Origin: Alphaproteobacteria bacterium
Lineage (GTDB): Bacteria > Pseudomonadota > Alphaproteobacteria > UBA828
Reading direction: 5' to 3'
Length of the DNA: 64,000 nt
Assembly: GCA_965221125.1 (NCBI GenBank)
Contig: CBDCRW010000006.1
Location: forward strand, 832,001-896,000
Shown piece after piece: positions 57,892-64,000 of the stretch; positions within the stretch are counted from its first letter, which is position 1, and each line of letters begins with the position of its first letter. The translations under genes were made by a program, and so were the position numbers. Under the pieces are notes generated by a model. That model saw nothing but the letters and a program-made list of their open reading frames with translations, ran no database searches and was not told where the DNA came from.

Positions 57892-59349
57892 ATGGGCTCG
57901 GTCAGGGATTTCCGGCCGGTTCTCTTCGTCGTCGGCATTCTGCTGATTACCCTTTCGCTCGCGATGGCGCTGCCTGCCATCGCCGACGGGGTGGCGGCGA
58001 ACCCGCACTGGCGGGTGTTTCTCGCGGCAAGCGTCTTCACGCTCTTCATCGGCACCTGCCTCGTGCTCTCCAACCGGATGCGGGAGCCGAGGCTCACGGT
58101 GCGCCAGGCCTTCGTGCTCACCACGGTGAGCTGGATCGTCGTCGCCGCGTTCGCGGCCCTGCCGTTCGCATTCTCCGACCTCGAGCTCAGCTATACCGAC
58201 GCCTACTTCGAGGCGATGTCGGGGCTCACGACGACCGGGTCCACGGTCATCGTCGGGCTCGATCGGGCGCCGCCGGGAATCCTGCTCTGGCGCGCGCTGC
58301 TGCAGTGGCTGGGCGGCATCGGCATCATCGTCACGGCGATTGCGATCCTGCCGATGCTGAGAGTCGGCGGGATGCAGCTCTTCCACACCGAATCGTCGGA
58401 CAGCTCCGAGAAGGTGCTGCCCCGCGCGGCCCAGCTCGCCGGCGCCATCGGCCTGGTCTACCTCGCGCTCACGCTCAGCAACGGGATCGCCTATTGGGCC
58501 GCAGGCATGACCCCCTTCGAGGCGGTGTGCCACGCGATGACGACCATCGCCACCGGCGGCTTCTCGACCTCGGACGATTCGTTTGGCCATTTCCGCAACG
58601 ATGCGATCGAAGGGATCGCCACCGTCTATATGGTGCTGGGCTCGCTGCCTTTCGTGCTCTACCTGCAGACCGTGCGCGGCGGCTGGGGCGCGCTCGCGCG
58701 CGATACGCAGGTGCAATGGTTCTTTGGGCTGGTCCTGTTTTCCCTGCTCTCGCTCGCCGGCTGGCTGATGGTGGCCAACGACGCCGCGCCGACCGACGCG
58801 TTTCGCCAGGCGGCCTTCAACGGCATTTCGATTCTGACCGGCACCGGCTATTCCACCGCCGATTTCTCGGCCTGGGGCAGCTTCGCGCTCCCGGTCTTCA
58901 CGCTGCTCATGTTCATCGGCGGCTGCACCGGCGCCACCACCGGCGGCGTGAAGGTCTTCCGAATTCAGGTCCTCGCGTCGACCTCGCTCTCGCAGATCCG
59001 CCAGCTCATCCAGCCCCACGGCGTTTTCATCAGCAAGTTCAACCGGCGGCCGATCCCGGAAAGCGTGCCGCCGGCGGTGATGGGGTTCTTCTTCCTGTTC
59101 GTGGTGACCTTCGGTCTGGTCGCCATGGGGCTCGCGCTGATGGGCCTCGACTACGTGACCAGCATCAGCGGCGCGGCCACGGCCATCGCCAACGTCGGCC
59201 CCGGCCTCGGCGAGACCATCGGCCCCTCCGGCACCTTCCAGCCCTTGCCGGAGCCGGCGAAGTGGCTGCTGTCGGCCGCGATGCTGCTCGGCCGGCTCGA
59301 ACTCTTCACGGTGCTGGTGCTGTTCGTCCCCCGCTTCTGGCGGGACTGA
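57892..59349 (+). CDS. trkH: TrkH family potassium uptake protein
   Basis: FE.MSG.TTTGST, LQWLGGIG, TIATGGFS, GGCTGATTGG.K, NVGPG and MLLGRLE. Confidence 0.95.
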   Translation: MGSVRDFRPVLFVVGILLITLSLAMALPAIADGVAANPHWRVFLAASVFTLFIGTCLVLSNRMREPRLTVRQAFVLTTVSWIVVAAFAALPFAFSDLELSYTDAYFEAMSGLTTTGSTVIVGLDRAPPGILLWRALLQWLGGIGIIVTAIAILPMLRVGGMQLFHTESSDSSEKVLPRAAQLAGAIGLVYLALTLSNGIAYWAAGMTPFEAVCHAMTTIATGGFSTSDDSFGHFRNDAIEGIATVYMVLGSLPFVLYLQTVRGGWGALARDTQVQWFFGLVLFSLLSLAGWLMVANDAAPTDAFRQAAFNGISILTGTGYSTADFSAWGSFALPVFTLLMFIGGCTGATTGGVKVFRIQVLASTSLSQIRQLIQPHGVFISKFNRRPIPESVPPAVMGFFFLFVVTFGLVAMGLALMGLDYVTSISGAATAIANVGPGLGETIGPSGTFQPLPEPAKWLLSAAMLLGRLELFTVLVLFVPRFWRD

Positions 59350-59365
59350 GAGGGTCCGCGCTTGT

Positions 59366-60118
59366 TCAACCCTTCTCCGCCAGCATGCCGCCGTCCACCG
59401 GCAGCACGTGGCCGGTGACGAAGCTCGACTTGTCCGACAGCAGCCAGACCACCGCGTCGGCGACCTCCTCGGGCCGGCCGATGCGCCCCATCGGCACCCG
59501 GCCCGACGCATTGGAGGGATCGTTGTCCCAGCCGCGCAGCAGAAGCGGCGTGAGGATCGGCCCCGGCGCCACTGCGTTCACCCGGATGCCGTCCTTCGCA
59601 TAGTCGAGCGCGGCCGCCCTGGTCATGCCGGAGACCGCGTGCTTCGCGGTCATGTAGGGCGACCAGAGCGGATAGGCGGCGAGCCCCCACATGGAGCCCG
59701 CGTTGACGATCGAGCCGCCGCCCGATTCCAGCATCGCCGGGATTTCCGCCTGCATGCAGAGGTAGACGCCTTCGATCATGACGGCGAAGACGTGCTGCAC
59801 GTCTTCCATGTCCTGCTCCGCCAGCAGGGCCTGGGGGCCTTCGATGCCGGCGTTGTTGTAGGCGAGGTCGAGCCGGCCGAAAGCGCTGAGGGCCTTGTCC
59901 ACGAGAGCGTCGACCTGGTCCGCCTCGGCCACGTCGGTACGCAGGAACGCCGCCCTGCCGCCGCCGTCGCGGACCTCAGTAGCCACGGCCTCGCCGCCGG
60001 CCTCGTCGATGTCGGCCACCAGCACCGCCGCGCCCTCGGCGGCCAGCGCCCGCACGGTCGCCTGCCCGATGCCCGAGCCGCCGCCGGTCACGATCGCCAC
60101 GCGGTCCGCTAGCGTCAT
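59366..60118 (-). CDS. Short-chain dehydrogenase/reductase
   Basis: TGGGSGIG, NNAG, Y...K (YMTAK), IRVNAVAPG and G..L.VDGG. Confidence 0.93.
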   Translation of the reverse strand: MTLADRVAIVTGGGSGIGQATVRALAAEGAAVLVADIDEAGGEAVATEVRDGGGRAAFLRTDVAEADQVDALVDKALSAFGRLDLAYNNAGIEGPQALLAEQDMEDVQHVFAVMIEGVYLCMQAEIPAMLESGGGSIVNAGSMWGLAAYPLWSPYMTAKHAVSGMTRAAALDYAKDGIRVNAVAPGPILTPLLLRGWDNDPSNASGRVPMGRIGRPEEVADAVVWLLSDKSSFVTGHVLPVDGGMLAEKG

Positions 60119-60147
60119 CGCCGCCTCCTCCCTGTCGGGGACTTGCC

Positions 60148-61137
60148 TCAGTCCGCCGGATCGATGACCCGGTCGGGCGGGTTGTGCCCGTCGGCAAAGG
60201 TCTGAATGTTGATCAGCACCTTCTCGCCCATGTCGCGGCGCCCCTCGATGGTCGCGGAGCCGATGTGTGGGAGCGCCACCACGTTGTCGAGCGTGAGCAG
60301 CTTCGGCGTGACGACGGGCTCGTTCTCGTACACGTCGAGGCCTGCGCCTGCGATCCTGCCGGCCTCGAGCAGGCGCACGAGGGCCGCCTCGTCGATGGCG
60401 TGGCCACGCGAGGTGTTGATGACGTAGGCTTGCGGGCGCAGCAGGCCGAGCCGCCGGGCCGACAGCAGGTGATAGGTGGCCGGCGTGCTCGGGCAGTGGA
60501 TCGAAACGAAGTCCATATGCGCCAGCATCTGATCCAGGCTTTGCCACCACGTCGCCTCGAGCTCGGCTTCGGTCTCGTCGTCGAGGCGGTTCCGGTTGTG
60601 GTAGTGGATGGAGAGGCCGAAGCCCCGCGCCCTGCGCGCGACCGCCTGGCCGATTCGCCCCATGCCGATGATGCCGAGGCGCTTGCCCCAGATCCGGTGC
60701 CCCAGCATGGTGGTCGGCGCCCACCCCTGCCAGTCGCCGCCACGCAGCAGCCGCTCGCCTTCGGAGAGCCGGCGCGGCACCGCGAGGATCAGCGCCATCG
60801 TCATGTCCGCCGTGTCCTCGGTCAGCACGCCCGGCGTGTTGGTCACCAGGATTTCGCGCTTCCGGGCGGCGGCGAGGTCGATGTGATCGACGCCGGTGCC
60901 GAAGCTCGCGATCAGCTTCAGGTCCGGGCCGGCCTGGCCGATGAGGTCGCCGTCGATGGTGTCCGTCACCGTGGGCACGAGCACGTCGGCTTCCGCCACG
61001 GCCTGCGCCATGGCGGCGCGGTCCAGCGGCCGGTCATCCTCGTTGAGTCGGGTGTCGAAAAGCTCCATCATGCGCGCCTCGATCTCCCGCGGGAGACGCC
61101 GCGTCACGATCACCTTGAGCTTTCTGCCAGGCCTCAT
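60148..61137 (-). CDS. D-glycerate dehydrogenase / glyoxylate reductase (D-2-hydroxyacid dehydrogenase)
   Basis: VTNTPGVLTEDTAD, GIIGMGRIG, INTSRG, GLDVYENEP and LPHIGSAT. Confidence 0.95.
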   Translation of the reverse strand: MRPGRKLKVIVTRRLPREIEARMMELFDTRLNEDDRPLDRAAMAQAVAEADVLVPTVTDTIDGDLIGQAGPDLKLIASFGTGVDHIDLAAARKREILVTNTPGVLTEDTADMTMALILAVPRRLSEGERLLRGGDWQGWAPTTMLGHRIWGKRLGIIGMGRIGQAVARRARGFGLSIHYHNRNRLDDETEAELEATWWQSLDQMLAHMDFVSIHCPSTPATYHLLSARRLGLLRPQAYVINTSRGHAIDEAALVRLLEAGRIAGAGLDVYENEPVVTPKLLTLDNVVALPHIGSATIEGRRDMGEKVLINIQTFADGHNPPDRVIDPAD

Positions 61138-61301
61138 CGACCCTCCGCGCGCGGCTCGGCGGGCTCGATCCGACCGCAACCGGCAGCCTGTTTAGCAAAC
61201 GCCCCTTGGCGACTCAATCTACCGCGCGAGACCGAATGCCCGTCCTGACCGCCCGTCGCTATCGCCAGCGCGTGGATATGACGCCCAGGCATGGCCGCCG
61301 C

Positions 61302-61808
61302 ATGGCCTCGCGCGTCTTCGCCGCCGCCCGGGGGGCCGCCCTGGCGGCGGCGCTGGCAACCCTTCTCGGCGCGGTCGCCGCAGTCGCGGGACCCGAGGCG
61401 CGCGCCCAGGACGGCGAGCGCTTCGTCTCGCTCAAGGCGGAGCGCGCCAACCTCAGGGTCGGCCCCGGCCGGCGCTATCCCATCGAATGGGTCTACACGC
61501 GCCCCGGCCTGCCGCTGCTGGTGATCGCGAATTTCGACCAGTGGCGCTGGGTGCGCGATCACGAGGGCACGAAGGGCTGGATGCACAAGTCGCTGCTATC
61601 CACGCACCGCACCGTCCTGGTCATGGAGGGCGTGCAGACCGTCCACGAGAGACCGCTGTCGGGCTCGCCGGCGGTGCTGCGGGCCGAGGCCGGCGTCATC
61701 GCCAATCTGCTGGGCTGCGAGGAGGGCTGGTGCCGGATCGCACTGGCCGGCGAAGAGGGATGGGTGCGCGAGACCGCCCTCTGGGGCGTCAAGCCTCTGC
61801 CGCCCTGA
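61302..61808 (+). CDS. Secreted tandem bacterial SH3-domain protein
   Basis: Signal peptide, RFVSLK...N.R.GPG..YPI.WVY...GLP..V.A.F..WR..RD..G..GW.HKSLLS, and WC.I......GW.....LWG; divergent from the D-glycerate dehydrogenase as usual in alphaproteobacteria. Confidence 0.88.
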   Translation: MASRVFAAARGAALAAALATLLGAVAAVAGPEARAQDGERFVSLKAERANLRVGPGRRYPIEWVYTRPGLPLLVIANFDQWRWVRDHEGTKGWMHKSLLSTHRTVLVMEGVQTVHERPLSGSPAVLRAEAGVIANLLGCEEGWCRIALAGEEGWVRETALWGVKPLPP

Positions 61809-61833
61809 TCGCACGGAGCGGAGAGCGCGCCCC

Positions 61834-62445
61834 TCAGGCCGAACCCTCGTCCAGATCCTCGGCCAGGGCGGCGCGGGTTTCTTCGGGCATGATGGCGAGG
61901 TGGCCGTATGCCGGATGATCGATTCCCAACAGGACTCGCGTGCCCGGCGTGCGGAACGCCGCGGCCTCCGCCGGCGCCACGGGGAAACGCAGGAAATGGA
62001 TTGAGGACGTCTTGCCGTCCTCTGTCGTGCGCGCGACCTCGTCCTCGATGGGCTCTGCGGCGACGGCGGTACCGCCGACCTCCAGCCTGATGGCCTCCTC
62101 GATCCCCGCCAGGCGATAGAGCTCCCGCTCCCGCCGCGCGGGGTCGTCGATCTCCAGCATGAGCGTCGCGATCAGCGCGTCGCCCGGCGGGATCAGCGGG
62201 TTGTAGGCCTCCAGCTCGCCCGCGATCTGCTCCTCGCCGCCCTGCTCGATGTGGAGCATTTCGTGCACCTGCATCCACATGGTCTCGAAGCACTCGAAGT
62301 GAAAGGTGGCGAAGGGGCCGACGGCGAGCCGGCGGTGGCGCTTCAGCGCCGTGATGGCGGCGCGACGCTCCTTTCGGACCTTGGCATAGTCCGCCATGTC
62401 CATGATGTCGGCGCGGGTGAGCGCCCGGCGCGGCTGAATCGTCAT
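61834..62445 (-). CDS. DUF3501 family protein
   Basis: LTR.DI.....Y...R...R......K..RR..VGP...F.FE...T...QV.EML.IE, EL.AYNPLIP, ATL..EI and KTSS.HFLRF. Confidence 0.9.
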   Translation of the reverse strand: MTIQPRRALTRADIMDMADYAKVRKERRAAITALKRHRRLAVGPFATFHFECFETMWMQVHEMLHIEQGGEEQIAGELEAYNPLIPPGDALIATLMLEIDDPARRERELYRLAGIEEAIRLEVGGTAVAAEPIEDEVARTTEDGKTSSIHFLRFPVAPAEAAAFRTPGTRVLLGIDHPAYGHLAIMPEETRAALAEDLDEGSA

Positions 62446-62446
62446 C

Positions 62447-63805
62447 TCAGACGAGGCCGTAGGCGCGGGCCAGCAGCTCGATCGGGTGATGGGCGCGGCC
62501 GGCGGCGGGAAGGCCCGAAGTGACATCGCCCTCCTTGGCCGCCTGGCGGCCGATCCCGTTCACGATGTGAGCGCCGGCAAGCGGGCATTCCGAGGCGAGG
62601 TAGGTGTTGGCCGCCTCGCGCGCGCGGCGCGCGGTGGTCCGCCCCACCTTCAGCGCAGTCTCGTGGAAGCCCTTGGTGACGCCGATGGAGCCGCCGTGGC
62701 CGGAGCAGCGCTCGATGATGGAGACCTCGGTCTCCGGCACGAGCGCCAGCATGTCGGCGGACTTGCGCCCGACGTTCTGGGCCCGCTCGTGGCACGGCAG
62801 GTGCAGCGTGACGGCGCCATCGAGCGGGGCGAGCCCCGGCGCCAGCCCCTCGGCGCGCGAAATGCCGACGACATACTCGCAGATGTCGTGGCTGTGCGCG
62901 GCGAGCCGCTCGACCGCCGCATCGTCCGGCAGGATCAGCGGCCACTCGAGCTTGAGCATGAGGGCGCAGCTCGCCACCAGCGCCACGACGTCGTAGCCCC
63001 GGTCGATCCATTCGCCGAGCGCCGCCGCCGTGTGCCGCGCACTCTCCGCAACGCGCTCGATGTCCCCCTCTTCGAGCTGCGGCATGCCGCAGCAGCGGGG
63101 ATAGACGACGGCGGTCTCGACCCCGTTGTGCGCCAGCACCCTGCGGGCCGCCACGCCGACCTCGGGCTGGTTGTAGTTGGCGAAGCAGGTCGCATAGAGA
63201 ACCGCCTTGCGTCCGGCCGCAGGCGCCTGCCGGTTGACCGCCGGCGCCCCCTTGGCCGCGCGGTCGAGCAGGGTGCGGCGGTGGTAGCGCGGCAGCGGCG
63301 CCTCCTTGTGAACGCCGGCGACGGCCTGCATCAGCGGCCGGGTGAGCCTGTTGCCCTGGGAGGAGCCCCAGTTCATCACCGGCGCGAGGGTGCGGGCGAT
63401 ACGGCCGTTCCTGTCCGTCTCGGCGAGCCGTCTGGATGCGGTGGTGTGGCGCCGGCCTGCGCGGCGGTCGGCAGCGCGGTGGCGCAGCATGAGATGGGGA
63501 AAGTCGACGTCCCACTCGTGCGGCGGCGTGTAGGGGCACATGGTCATGAAGCACATGTCGCAGAGCGTGCAGGCGTCCACGACCGACTTGAAGCCCGAGG
63601 ACTCGACCGAATCCAGCTCGCCCGTTTCGGATTCGTCAATCAGATCGAACAGGCGCGGAAACGAATCGCAGAGGCTGAAGCACCGCCGGCAGCCATGGCA
63701 GATGTCGAAGACGCGGCGCGTCTCCTTCTCCAGCGCCGCGCCGTCGTAGAAATCGGGATTTCGCCAGTCTATGGGATGGCGGAAGGGCGCGCCCTCGTCG
63801 GCCAT
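62447..63805 (-). CDS. Fe-S oxidoreductase, GlpC/CCG-domain type (rubrerythrin-associated RFO family)
   Basis: RHPIDW...FYD, ICHGCRRCF.LC.SFP.LF, CTLCDMCFM..CPY.PPH.W..DFP.LMLR, CCGMP, CSGHGG and ASECPLA; adjacent to DUF3501. Confidence 0.9.
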   Translation of the reverse strand: MADEGAPFRHPIDWRNPDFYDGAALEKETRRVFDICHGCRRCFSLCDSFPRLFDLIDESETGELDSVESSGFKSVVDACTLCDMCFMTMCPYTPPHEWDVDFPHLMLRHRAADRRAGRRHTTASRRLAETDRNGRIARTLAPVMNWGSSQGNRLTRPLMQAVAGVHKEAPLPRYHRRTLLDRAAKGAPAVNRQAPAAGRKAVLYATCFANYNQPEVGVAARRVLAHNGVETAVVYPRCCGMPQLEEGDIERVAESARHTAAALGEWIDRGYDVVALVASCALMLKLEWPLILPDDAAVERLAAHSHDICEYVVGISRAEGLAPGLAPLDGAVTLHLPCHERAQNVGRKSADMLALVPETEVSIIERCSGHGGSIGVTKGFHETALKVGRTTARRAREAANTYLASECPLAGAHIVNGIGRQAAKEGDVTSGLPAAGRAHHPIELLARAYGLV

Positions 63806-63818
63806 CGAGACGGCTGTG

Positions 63819-63998
63819 CTACCGGCACGAGCCGCAGAGCCGGTTACCCGGCCCCGCGCTGTCGAATTGGCGGCCGCAGCGCAGGCAACGCCGCTGGCTC
63901 TCTTGCGCCTCCAGGCGATCGAGCTCCGCGAGTTCGTCGGAGAGGGAAATCATCCCCGGTCCGCGATCCACATTCCTGGCGGCTTCACGCCGCGCATC
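63819..63998 (-). CDS. Small Cys4 metal-ribbon protein or C-terminal domain (frame open to window edge; internal ATG at 63953)
   Basis: Not in ORF track. Manual translation from ATG 63953 gives MISLSDELAELDRLEAQESQRRCLRCGRQFDSAGPGNRLCGSCR* (CxxC-x13-CxxC); the stop lies 13 nt before the RFO start. Confidence 0.7.
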   Translation of the reverse strand, partial: DARREAARNVDRGPGMISLSDELAELDRLEAQESQRRCLRCGRQFDSAGPGNRLCGSCR

Positions 63999-64000
63999 CC

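Overview
Very GC-rich (roughly 70% by eye) bacterial chromosomal segment from an alphaproteobacterium, probably Rhodospirillales-like. The assignment rests on gcrA, the DUF2062-acpS-lepB-rnc-era run, the TPR-BamB-der run, def-fmt-truA, ETF-QO-TPR-ispE and the SH3/D-glycerate dehydrogenase pair. Housekeeping blocks alternate with accessory metabolic modules: sarcosine oxidase soxBDAG, a tungsten-type aldehyde oxidoreductase operon (aorABCDE-like) preceded by an orphan CoxS-type 2Fe-2S gene, three luciferase-like oxidoreductases, an HpnA/CDP-alcohol phosphotransferase/cytidylyltransferase lipid-headgroup trio, a Phd-VapC toxin-antitoxin pair, a cytoplasmic PAS-PAS kinase with three receiver domains and no output domain, a peptide/nickel-type ABC importer, and the RFO-DUF3501 oxidative-stress pair. 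One complete ISAs1-family element (23770-25859) has a 10-bp target duplication that is the ribosome-binding site of the downstream gene, and its transposase is fused to an N-terminal DUF4338 (DruA/Mom-like) domain. Best candidates for something undescribed: (1) a nucleobase (NCS2) permease with a degenerate substrate signature fused to a catalytically dead RsbW/SpoIIAB-like anti-sigma domain, a possible transceptor; (2) the DUF4338-ISAs1 fusion transposon; (3) an ABC importer with one dead ATPase site and an anomalous rare-codon/palindrome patch, divergent from a PLP lyase with an altered active site. No rRNA, tRNA or CRISPR array was seen. All family calls come from motif recognition by eye, not database searches.
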